This document shows, one piece after another, positions 9,457 through 17,720 of a stretch of 64,000 nucleotides of DNA. Below the pieces are notes generated by a model. That model worked only from the letters and a program-made list of their open reading frames with translations, was not told the origin of the DNA and searched no databases. Position 1 is the stretch's first letter, and each line of letters begins with the position of its first letter. The position numbers and the translations under genes are program-made. Source of the stretch: Desulfosoma sp. (GTDB lineage Bacteria; Desulfobacterota; Syntrophobacteria; Syntrophobacterales; DSM-9756). The stretch lies in contig JBBFKW010000006.1 of NCBI GenBank assembly GCA_037481835.1, positions 64,001-128,000 of the forward strand. The letters are read 5' to 3'.

Positions 9457-10924
9457 GCCGCTCCAAAATGGCGCGACGCCCGGCGTAAAACGCCACGGCC
9501 ATGGCATCCACGACGGCGTCCACCTCGTTGCGGTAGAACGCTTCGGCCTGTTCGGGCGGCACGCCCAAGCGTTTTTGGACGGCGCGCACGGCGCCGTAGG
9601 TGCGCGCGCCCAACCGATGGAGCTTTTCCCGGCAAAATTCCAGGAAAGCGGCGGTGTACAAGTAGGTCAGGCAGTTCTTGACGGCCTCCAGCCGGCGGGT
9701 CGCCAGAAGATGGGCGAGGCTTTCGTAAAGGATGCGGATCCAAAAATCCCGGGTGATATCGAGAAAGACCAGCGGGCTTTCATCGTCCGTGGGGGCGCTA
9801 TGCAGTCGTTCCAGCCCATGCCGGACGGCTTCAAAGGTTTCCGGATCCAGGCTTTCCCTCATGGCCGCTTCGTAGCGGGAAAAGCCTGAAAGAAGCGTCT
9901 CCCGCTTTCGATCCACGTCGAACACATCCGTGGAACCGGGATCGATGAAGGCGATGCCCGTTTTGTCCGGGCCCCAGGTTTTCGGCCGTTTCAGGGGTTC
10001 ATCGGAGCCGAGCAGGCGCGTTATCCGGCCGTCTTGGTCTTCGTAGTGCAGGAGCCTCCCCAGGGCCGAGCCGATGACTTCCCCGGGCATGACGGAAAGT
10101 TTGGCTTCATCGGTGATGTCGTGCAGCTTGGCGCCCAAATAGACTTCGTAGATGTCCGTTTCGGGATCGGCGATGTTGTCGAAGGTCGTGGCGATATCCG
10201 TCCCGTAGCGGCGGCGGGCGTCGTCCCAGACGGCTTCCCGTTCGTGGCGGACCGCCCCCGCCGAAAGGACGATGTCTCCCGAAATGCCCCCGGGGACGTA
10301 GCAGCCCATGAGGGTCGTGAGCGGCCCCACGATGAAGCGGGTCAACGAGGCGTCCACGAAATGGCGGGCGTAGCGCGCCGTGATGAAAAAATGCCGCTCC
10401 GGGGCCGAAGCCCGATGACGGGCTTCCACGGCGGCGAAGGTGCGAAACCAAGGGCGAAAGTCGTTTCGAAGATCGCCGTCCAAAATGATCAGCGTTTGCA
10501 GGCTCGAGCAGTGGGCCGTTTCGTCGAAAATGAGCTTGAGGGCGCTGCCTTTTCCGGGCGTGCGGTCTCCCTTGTAGCCGTCGTAGGGGGTGGCGGCCAC
10601 AAGGAGCCGCTCCCGTGCCGATGCCGGCGCACTCCGAAGATAGTCGCACGCCGCCGAAAGGGCGGCTTCCACCGTGGAAACATCGGGCCGATCCAGCGTC
10701 AGGGTTCCGTCGGAGACGACGAAAGCGATGCGATCATCCGGGTAGGCGGCCAGGGCGGCTTCCATCCCACGGCGCAGTTCCGCCCCGATGTTGTCCGCAT
10801 TTTGAAACGTGGGGTGCCCCACGACGCGCCTCGGCACGAACCGCGCCAGAATCCCGCCCAAGGCCCCCTCTTCCACGGGAAATCCGCCGCGAAACACATT
10901 CCGATCCACCTGGGTCAATGACAC
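9416..10924 (-). CDS. GT-A glycosyltransferase, glucosylglycerate synthase (Ggs)/mannosylglycerate synthase-like
   Basis: VVGHPTFQNA, VVSDG, PGKGSA, LDGDLR, YARHFVDASLT, RYGTDI and LGAKLHD; probable GTG start at 10924. Confidence 0.65.
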   Translation of the reverse strand: MSLTQVDRNVFRGGFPVEEGALGGILARFVPRRVVGHPTFQNADNIGAELRRGMEAALAAYPDDRIAFVVSDGTLTLDRPDVSTVEAALSAACDYLRSAPASARERLLVAATPYDGYKGDRTPGKGSALKLIFDETAHCSSLQTLIILDGDLRNDFRPWFRTFAAVEARHRASAPERHFFITARYARHFVDASLTRFIVGPLTTLMGCYVPGGISGDIVLSAGAVRHEREAVWDDARRRYGTDIATTFDNIADPETDIYEVYLGAKLHDITDEAKLSVMPGEVIGSALGRLLHYEDQDGRITRLLGSDEPLKRPKTWGPDKTGIAFIDPGSTDVFDVDRKRETLLSGFSRYEAAMRESLDPETFEAVRHGLERLHSAPTDDESPLVFLDITRDFWIRILYESLAHLLATRRLEAVKNCLTYLYTAAFLEFCREKLHRLGARTYGAVRAVQKRLGVPPEQAEAFYRNEVDAVVDAMAVAFYAGRRAILERLTARTSAFQSPPR

Positions 10925-11012
10925 CTTGTCCCCCTTTCTTTCGCCCCCGCCCACCCTCACCCCCCGCCGTCTCATATCCCTTGCCCCAAAACGCCCCTTC
11001 CCGGGTGTATTG

Positions 11013-13247
11013 TTAGAACGCCGGGGATTTGGCGACCCGGCCCAAGTCGCCCCGAAGCCGATGGGCCAGCAGCGTGCATCGCTTCTGAATCCGGTCGTTT
11101 CGCACGGCCATGGCCAGGGCCTTTCGCGACCCCACCAGCACCACAAGCTTTCGGCCGCGCGTTACGGCCGTGTAGAGCAGGTTCCGCTGGAGCATCACGT
11201 AGTGTTGGGTGACGAGGGGCACCACCACCGCCGGGTATTCGCTCCCCTGGGACTTGTGCACACTCACGGCGTAGGCATGGGTGATTTCGTCCAGCTCCGA
11301 AAAATCGTAGGCCACCACGCGACCGTCCATGAGCACCCGGATTTCCTGGTTTTCCTCGTCCACCGCATGGATCCGGCCCAGATCGCCGTTGAAGACGTCC
11401 TTGTCGTAGTTGTTGCGTAGCTGCATGACCTTGTCGCCCACGCGGTAAACCCGCCCGGCCCGTTCCACGGCGCGCCCTCGGGGGTTGAGCGCCCTCTGGA
11501 GGGCCTCGTTCAGGTTCTGGGCGCCCACCGTCCCGCGGTGCATGGGGCTGAGCACCTGGATATCGTCCACGGGATCGAGCCCGAACCGGGCGGGGATGCG
11601 CTTCGTGCAGAGTTCCAGCACCACTTGGAGCACATCCTGGGGATCGTCCTTTTCGATGAAATAGAAATCCGACAGTCCCCCTTGGCGGGAACCGCCGTTG
11701 ATGGGAAACAGCCCTTCCCGGATCCTGTGGGCGTTGACGACGATGAGGCTCTTTCGGGCCTGGCGGAAAATTTCGCTCAGGCGCACCACGGCAAAGGCCC
11801 CCGAGTCGATGATGTCCTGGAGGACGTTGCCGGCCCCCACCGACGGCAGCTGGTCCACATCGCCGACGAAAATCACGGTGGTTTTGGGGGCCACGGCCTT
11901 CAGGAGGTGATGGGCGAGGAGCGCATCGAGCATGGAGGCTTCATCCACGATGAGGCAGTCGGCGGCCAGGGGCTTGTTTTCATTGCGCTGGAAGCCTCCC
12001 GCCTGAGGGCTGAATTCCAAAAGCCGGTGGATGGTGGCCGCCTCATGCCCTGTGGTTTCGCTCAATCGTTTGGCGGCGCGGCCGGTGGGGGCGGCCAGAG
12101 CCACGCGGGCCCCCAGGCGCTTGTAGGCGGCGCACACGGCCTTGACCAAAGTGGTCTTGCCGGTGCCGGGGCCTCCCGTGATGACCAGGACCTTGTCCGT
12201 GAGCGCTTTGCGGACGGCTTCCATCTGGAGCGGCGCCAGGGGAAAGGGCAGGCTCGCCGTGACGGCGCTCAGGGTTTCGTCGATCTTGGCGGGCGGGAAC
12301 CGTTTGGCGAAGGAGGCCACATAGGTCAGGCGGGCGGCCGTCTGCGTTTCCGCCGCATGGTAGCCTCGAAGATAAACGGCCGTCTCATCCCCCATGAGGC
12401 GCGCCGCCTCCTCGGGGAGCCGTTCCAGCACGGCGCGCCCGTCGGCGCTCAAGTTTTGCAGGCCCTTCGCCAAGACCTCCACGGGGGCTTCCAGAAGTTT
12501 TCGGGCGTCTTCCAGCAGCCGCTTTTTCGGCACGCACACGTGGCCTTCATCGGCGGCCTGAAAAAGCACGTAATGGAGGCCCGCTTCGGCCCGGAGCTCG
12601 GAATCCGGCCCGAAACCCAGGTTCCGGGCGATCTTGTCGGCGGTGACGAAGCCGATGCCCGCCACATCCATGGCGATCCGGTAGGGGTTTTCCCGGAGGA
12701 CCTTGAGGGATTCCTTGCCGTACTGCTTGAAGATCCGGGTCGCATGGGAGGCGCTCACCCCGTGGGTCTTGAGGAAGATCATGACTTCCCGGATTTCTTT
12801 CTGATCGTCCCAGGCCTTGAGGATCATGCGAAGGCGCTTGGGGCCGATCCCGTCCACTTGCAGGAGCCGCTCCGGGTCGGTGTCGATAACCTCCAGGGTG
12901 GCCGTCCCGAAGGCCTTGACGATGCGTTTGGCCATCTCAGGCCCGATGCCCTTGATGAGGCCCGAGCCCAAGTATTTGCGGATGCCTTCCACGGTGTCGG
13001 GGCTGAGGGTCTCGTATTGGTCGGCCCGGAACTGTTCGCCGTACTTGGGATGGCGGCTCCAGGCCCCGCGGAGCCGAAGCACTTCGCCGGGTGTGACCGA
13101 AACGAAGGACCCCACCACGGTCACCAGGTCGCGGCGGCCGCGCACCTTGAGGCGCAAGACACTGTAGCCGTCCTCTTCGCCGGCGTAGGTGATGCGTTCC
13201 ACTTGGCCTTCCAGGGTTTCCACGCTCGAAGCCCCTCGATCCTGCAT
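11013..13247 (-). CDS. recD2: ATP-dependent RecD-like DNA helicase
   Basis: HhH region GIGPEMAKRI; GGPGTGKTT, APTGRAAKR, VDEASM and HKSQGSE; start ATG 13247 or GTG 13223. Confidence 0.95.
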   Translation of the reverse strand: MQDRGASSVETLEGQVERITYAGEEDGYSVLRLKVRGRRDLVTVVGSFVSVTPGEVLRLRGAWSRHPKYGEQFRADQYETLSPDTVEGIRKYLGSGLIKGIGPEMAKRIVKAFGTATLEVIDTDPERLLQVDGIGPKRLRMILKAWDDQKEIREVMIFLKTHGVSASHATRIFKQYGKESLKVLRENPYRIAMDVAGIGFVTADKIARNLGFGPDSELRAEAGLHYVLFQAADEGHVCVPKKRLLEDARKLLEAPVEVLAKGLQNLSADGRAVLERLPEEAARLMGDETAVYLRGYHAAETQTAARLTYVASFAKRFPPAKIDETLSAVTASLPFPLAPLQMEAVRKALTDKVLVITGGPGTGKTTLVKAVCAAYKRLGARVALAAPTGRAAKRLSETTGHEAATIHRLLEFSPQAGGFQRNENKPLAADCLIVDEASMLDALLAHHLLKAVAPKTTVIFVGDVDQLPSVGAGNVLQDIIDSGAFAVVRLSEIFRQARKSLIVVNAHRIREGLFPINGGSRQGGLSDFYFIEKDDPQDVLQVVLELCTKRIPARFGLDPVDDIQVLSPMHRGTVGAQNLNEALQRALNPRGRAVERAGRVYRVGDKVMQLRNNYDKDVFNGDLGRIHAVDEENQEIRVLMDGRVVAYDFSELDEITHAYAVSVHKSQGSEYPAVVVPLVTQHYVMLQRNLLYTAVTRGRKLVVLVGSRKALAMAVRNDRIQKRCTLLAHRLRGDLGRVAKSPAF

Positions 13248-13252
13248 TGGTT

Positions 13253-13280
13253 TTGACAACGGCACGGTGATTGTTAGAAT
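13253..13280 (+). promoter_or_regulatory. Sigma70-like promoter
   Basis: TTGACA-N16-TAGAAT with an extended -10 TG, 40 nt upstream of ATG 13321. Confidence 0.6.
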
Positions 13281-13320
13281 AGCATTGAAATCTCGACGAT
13301 TCCAAGAAGGGAGGACGACC

Positions 13321-13557
13321 ATGGCTCTGTACATCAAAACCGATGATTACCGCAAATACGGCATCAGCAAGTATTCCACGCTGGAACAGGTGCGGGCCGT
13401 GGTCCAAAGGGAACTGAACATTCGACCGCTCTTCGTGCGGTTCGTCAATAAGCATGAATTCATCCGGGTGGATTTCCTGAAGCCCCAGGCCCGCCGCAAG
13501 AGGGATAGATCCCAGCCCAAGGCCGGCGAGGGAGGCCGTCGGCGCCGCCCCCGCTGA
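13321..13557 (+). CDS. Small basic hypothetical protein (78 aa)
   Basis: GGAGG RBS and upstream promoter; MALYIKTDDYRKYGISK... with an Arg-rich tail. Confidence 0.65.
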   Translation: MALYIKTDDYRKYGISKYSTLEQVRAVVQRELNIRPLFVRFVNKHEFIRVDFLKPQARRKRDRSQPKAGEGGRRRRPR

Positions 13558-13809
13558 ACCCCCGGGGGCTGTTCCGCCCACCCGGTCCAGCTGCCCCTCG
13601 GGGAGGGTCGCCTCCCCGGTCCCCGCGGGCGGGCGCGCCTCCCCCGTCCCCGCTGAAGACACGGGGGGCGCTTCCTTTTGGCCCGTCCCCGATGAAACCC
13701 AAGGGGTGGTTTTGCTCACCCGGTCCCCCTGAACCTCGGGGGTGGTTGCGTCTGCTCCTTCCCCGCGGGCGGGCGCGCCTCCCCCGTCCCCGCGGACGGG
13801 TTCGAGTTC

Positions 13810-14036
13810 ACCTTGCTCTCTCTACGGCTTTCCCGCTTCCGTCTCCCTCTCCCCCCCGGGCTCGCCGCTTCCGTCTCCCTCTCCCCCTGGTCTTGCGGAT
13901 TCTTAGCTCCCTCTCCCGCCACACTAACGGATTCCATTCTCCCGCTCTCCCCAGGTTCGGAGGCTACAAGCTCCCTCTCCCCCTTTAGGGGGAGAGGGCT
14001 GGGGTGAGGGGGCCAAAGGGCCGGGGTGAGGGGGCC
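13810..14036 (-). repeat. BoxC-like triplex repeat with decaying tandem array (left arm of DUF559 cassette 1)
   Basis: CCCTCTCCCCCTTTAGGGGGAGAGGGCTGGGGTGAGGGGG at 13973-14012, preceded by CTCCCTCTCCC-containing units. Confidence 0.9.
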
Positions 14037-14065
14037 AATTCAACAAGGATCGCCGGGAATCCACT

Positions 14066-14428
14066 ATGCACCCTCCGAGAAAACCAAAGGACATCACAAC
14101 AAAGGCCCGCTCTCTGAGAAAAAACCAAACCGACGCCGAATCGCTCCTCTGGCTTCATCTCAAGGGCCGACACCTGGCGGGAAAGAAGTTTCGCCGCCAG
14201 TACCCCATCGGGCCTTTTGTGGCGGACTTCGTCTGCGCCGAAGCAAAACTCGTCGTGGAAATCGACGGCGGGCAGCATGCCGCCCAAAACGAGCGGCAAA
14301 AGGATGCTCGGCGCTCAGAATACATGGAAGCTTTGGGATATCGGGTCCTGAGGTTTTGGAACAATGAAGTCTTGAATGAAACGCACGCGGTGTTGGAAGT
14401 CATTCGGCGGCATCTGGTAAGGGATTGA
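14066..14428 (+). CDS. DUF559 / Vsr-like endonuclease domain protein, copy 1
   Basis: ARSLRKNQTDAESLLW, KFRRQYPIGPFVADF, VVEIDGGQH and GYRVLRFWNNEV. Confidence 0.92.
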   Translation: MHPPRKPKDITTKARSLRKNQTDAESLLWLHLKGRHLAGKKFRRQYPIGPFVADFVCAEAKLVVEIDGGQHAAQNERQKDARRSEYMEALGYRVLRFWNNEVLNETHAVLEVIRRHLVRD

Positions 14429-14430
14429 CA

Positions 14431-14818
14431 CCCCCTCACCCTGCCCTCTCCCCCTAAAGGGGGAGAGGGGAACTGCATTTGAGGCTCTCTTCCCCCCAAA
14501 GGGGCAGAGGAGAACTGGATTTGAGGTTCTCTTCCCACAGTAAACTGGTAAACTTAAATCTGTTTCTCCCCCAAACTCGAAGCTTCCTATCTCCCTCTCC
14601 CCCCGGTCGTGCCGATTCCGTGCTCCCTCTCCCCCTGGGCTTGCGGATTTCGATCTCTCTCTTCCCCCTTGGAGTTCGCTGACTTCAAGCTCCCTCTCCC
14701 GCCACACTAACGGATTCCATTCTCCCTCTCCGCCCAGGTTCGGAGACTCCAAACTCCCTCTCCCCCTTCAGGGGGAGAGGGCTGGGGTGAGGGGGCCAAA
14801 GGGCCCGGGTGAGGGGGC
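14431..14818. repeat. Inverted pair of BoxC-like repeats with arrays between the DUF559 copies
   Basis: Forward copy at 14431-14470 and reverse copy from about 14755, with partial units between. Confidence 0.9.
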
Positions 14819-14848
14819 CAATTCAACAAGCATCACCGGGAGTCCACT

Positions 14849-15211
14849 ATGCACCCTCCGAGAAAACCCAAGGACATCACAACAAAGGCCCGCTCTTTGA
14901 GAAAAAACCAAACCGACGCCGAATCGCTCCTCTGGCTTCATCTCAAGGGCCGACACCTGGCGGGAAAGAAGTTTCGCCGCCAGTACCCCATCGGGCCTTT
15001 TGTGGCGGACTTCGTCTGCGCCGAAGCAAAACTCGTCGTGGAAATCGACGGCGGGCAGCATGCCGCCCAAAACGAGCGGCAAAAGGATGCTCGGCGCTCA
15101 GAATACATGGAAGCTTTGGGATATCGGGTCCTGAGGTTTTGGAACAATGAAGTCTTGAATGAAACGCACGCGGTGTTGGAAGTCATTCGGCGGCATCTGG
15201 TGAGGGATTGA
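14849..15211 (+). CDS. DUF559 / Vsr-like endonuclease domain protein, copy 2
   Basis: Protein identical to copy 1; 783-bp offset; three synonymous differences seen. Confidence 0.92.
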   Translation: MHPPRKPKDITTKARSLRKNQTDAESLLWLHLKGRHLAGKKFRRQYPIGPFVADFVCAEAKLVVEIDGGQHAAQNERQKDARRSEYMEALGYRVLRFWNNEVLNETHAVLEVIRRHLVRD

Positions 15212-15213
15212 CA

Positions 15214-15582
15214 CCCCCCTCACCCTGCCCTCTCCCCCTAAAGGGGGAGAGGGGAACCGGATTTGAGGCTCTCTTCACCCTAAAGGGGGAGAGGGGAACT
15301 GGATTTTGGGGCTTTCTTTTCCCTAAAGGGGGAGAGGGGAACTGGATTTCAGGATGTCTTCACCCCAAAGGGGGAGAGGGGAACTGGATCTCAGGGTTTC
15401 TTCCCCCTAAGGGGAAGGGGGGAAACGCCGGCGGCATCTGGTGAGGGACTGACACCCCCTCACCCTGCCCTCTCCCCCTAAAGGGGGAGAGGGGAACTGG
15501 ATCTCAGGCTTTGTTACCCCCAAAGGGGGAGAGGGAAGCTGGATTTGAGGATGTCTTCACCCCTAAAGGGGGAGGGGGGAAA
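15214..15582 (+). repeat. BoxC-like repeats with ~40-bp tandem units, including a re-copied DUF559 3' end
   Basis: Units like CCCTAAAGGGGGAGAGGGGAACTGGATTT...; CGGCGGCATCTGGTGAGGGACTGA plus a new head at about 15429-15494. Confidence 0.88.
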
Positions 15583-15679
15583 CGCAGCACGACGGCCCCT
15601 TCCCTTGAGGGCGACAAACATGCCGAAGGACGCCGCCGCTCCGGTAGGCGTTTGAGAGCCCTGCCGGTCGGGGGCCCAT

Positions 15680-15900
15680 TTGAAGGCGGTGCCGGTCCCC
15701 TGATTCTCAAAGGGCAGGGCCTGTCCCCAAATTATTAAGGGCAGGGCCTGTCCCCCAATTATTGAAGGGCGCAGCCGGTCCCCTGATTTTTTAAAGGGTA
15801 ATGCTTGTCCCCCAACGATTGAAGGGCGCTGCCGGGGCTCTAAGCATTGAAGGACACTGCTGGTCCTCCAGTCATTGGATGGCGCTGCTGAGGCTCTGAT
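15680..15900 (+). repeat. Separate ~27-bp degenerate tandem repeat (AAGGGCAGGGCCTGTCCCCAAATTATT)
   Basis: About 8 units; the two at 15710-15763 are near identical. Confidence 0.75.
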
Positions 15901-15974
15901 CGCCCGAAGGTTGTGCCGGTCTCCCGGCCCTCGCAGGCGGAATCCCGCGTCTGTCTCCTACGCTCGCAGATTTC

Positions 15975-16212
15975 AACCGTTCTCTGCCCAAGGCTAGCGG
16001 ATTCCTACCTCGCCCTCTCCCCAGCCTCGGGCATTCCAACCTCCCTCTCCCTACGGTCAGACCTTCCAAGCTCCCTTTCCCGCCACACTGGCGGATTCCA
16101 TTCTCCCGCTCCGCCCAGGTTCGGAGACTCCAAACTCCCTCTCCCCCTTCAGGGGGAGAGGGCCGGGGTGAGGGGGTCAAAGGGCCGGGGTGAGGGTGCC
16201 AAGGGGTCGGGG
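15975..16212 (-). repeat. Third copy of the DUF559 cassette left arm, with no nuclease gene following
   Basis: 16070-16197 matches about 14690-14815. Confidence 0.85.
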
Positions 16213-16307
16213 CAAGGGCGCAAAAAAATCTTGACATCCCCTCCCCGAAGAATTTATCCATAGCCTGTCTCAAAAGACGGCACCCAAAAAAGCGAAAGGC
16301 AAAAACC

Positions 16308-16403
16308 GTGCGCGCAGTGCAACAATCCCGAAATCTTCATTTCTGGTGGTGCTGGTGGTGGTGCGTTGCGCACGGGTGCGCCGACGGGGGTGCGTCGCTT
16401 TAG
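16308..16403 (+). CDS. trpL: trp leader peptide MRAVQQSRNLHFWWCWWWCVAHGCADGGASL
   Basis: GTG start with GAAAGG RBS; TGG TGG TGC TGG TGG TGG; TTGACA at 16231; directly upstream of terminators and aroF-trp. Confidence 0.85.
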   Translation: MRAVQQSRNLHFWWCWWWCVAHGCADGGASL

Positions 16404-16427
16404 ACCACCTGCACGAATGAAGCCATC

Positions 16428-16465
16428 AAGACCGTGGGCCACCCGGCCCACGGTCTTTTTGTTTT
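16428..16465 (+). terminator. Attenuator terminator 1
   Basis: AAGACCGTGGGCC-ACCC-GGCCCACGGTCTT followed by TTTGTTTT. Confidence 0.88.
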
Positions 16466-16471
16466 GGGGAC

Positions 16472-16504
16472 AAGGCCGTGGGATTTCATCCCGCGGCCTT
16501 TTTT
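16472..16504 (+). terminator. Attenuator terminator 2
   Basis: AAGGCCGTGGGAT-TTC-ATCCCGCGGCCTT followed by TTTT. Confidence 0.85.
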
Positions 16505-16549
16505 CATTGTACGCCATCCCTCAAGGGAACTCACAGGAGGACACCCATC

Positions 16550-17620
16550 ATGCTGGTCGTGATGCACAAAGGAGCCACACCGGAAGACGTGGCGCACGTG
16601 GTGCGCGCCATCGAAAGTCGAGGCTACAGCGCGCGGCCCATCCAGGGCGGCGAACGCATGGCCATCGGCATCCTCAACAATCGCGGCCCGGTGGATCCCA
16701 ACTGGGTGTTGGGCCTTCCCGGCGTCAAGGAAGCCATCCCGGTGACCCGACCGTACAAGCTGGTGAGCCGCGAATTTCACCCGCAGGACACGGTGGTGAC
16801 CGTGGGCGATGTGCGCATCGGCAACGGCACGGTGGTCGTCATCGCCGGGCCGTGCGCCGTGGAAAGCGAGGAACAGGCCCTGACCATCGCCCGCCACGTG
16901 AAGCGCGCCGGGGCGCATCTTTTCCGAGGCGGAGCCTTCAAGCCTCGCACCTCCCCTTACGCCTTCCAAGGACTGGGCGAACAAGCCCTGAAAATCCTCG
17001 TCAAGGTGCGCGAAGAAACGGGTCTTCCCATCGTGACGGAAGCCTTGGACCACACCGTCTTCGACCTGGTGGAAGAAGCCGCGGACATCGTCCAGATCGG
17101 CGCCCGCAACATGCAGAATTTCACCTTGCTTCGCCGCGCGGGGCATTCCTCCAAGCCCGTGCTCCTCAAACGAGGCATGGCCGCGACCCTGGAAGAATGG
17201 CTCATGGCCGCCGAATACATCCTGGAAGGCGGCAACCCCAACGTCATCTTGTGCGAACGCGGCATCCGCACCTTTACGGATCACAGTCGAAACACGTTGG
17301 ATCTTTCGGCGGTGCCCGTGGTGCGCAAGGAAAGCCACCTGCCCATCATCGTGGATCCCAGCCACGCCTGCGGCCGCCGGGATCAGGTGATTCCGTTGAG
17401 TCGCGCCGCCGTGGCCGTCGGCGCCAACGGACTCATGGTGGAAGTCCATCACCGGCCGGAAGAGGCTCTGAGCGACGGCGCCCAGTCGCTCTACCCCGAC
17501 CAGTTCCGAAGGCTGTGCGACGAAATTCAACCGCTGGTGCAACTGTACGCCCGGGCGCCCGAATCCCGAAGCGGAGCCGAGGCGGCCCGTTTCGACGCGG
17601 TGGCGGGGGCGTCGGTTTAA
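16550..17620 (+). CDS. aroF: DAHP synthase, type I-beta with N-terminal regulatory domain
   Basis: IAGPCAVES, GGAFKPRTSPYAFQG, QIGARNMQNF, LCERGIRT and VDPSH; AGGAGG RBS. Confidence 0.95.
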   Translation: MLVVMHKGATPEDVAHVVRAIESRGYSARPIQGGERMAIGILNNRGPVDPNWVLGLPGVKEAIPVTRPYKLVSREFHPQDTVVTVGDVRIGNGTVVVIAGPCAVESEEQALTIARHVKRAGAHLFRGGAFKPRTSPYAFQGLGEQALKILVKVREETGLPIVTEALDHTVFDLVEEAADIVQIGARNMQNFTLLRRAGHSSKPVLLKRGMAATLEEWLMAAEYILEGGNPNVILCERGIRTFTDHSRNTLDLSAVPVVRKESHLPIIVDPSHACGRRDQVIPLSRAAVAVGANGLMVEVHHRPEEALSDGAQSLYPDQFRRLCDEIQPLVQLYARAPESRSGAEAARFDAVAGASV

Positions 17621-17720
17621 GGGGCTGGAAGGATGCGGCCGCATCCCCCGCGACGGTTCCGGGGGGCAGAAGCCGGGCCGGAAGGTTCGGCATCCGGAGA
17701 TTCTCCAAAGGACGGACACG

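Noticed and set aside
13600..13795. Duplicated GCGGGCGGGCGCGCCTCCCCCGTCCCCGC
   Set aside because: Probably the decayed distal end of the adjacent array; no independent signal.
14066..15211. DUF559 cassettes as classical IS elements
   Set aside because: No DDE, HUH or serine transposase motifs and no target-site duplication seen; mobility is left as a hypothesis.
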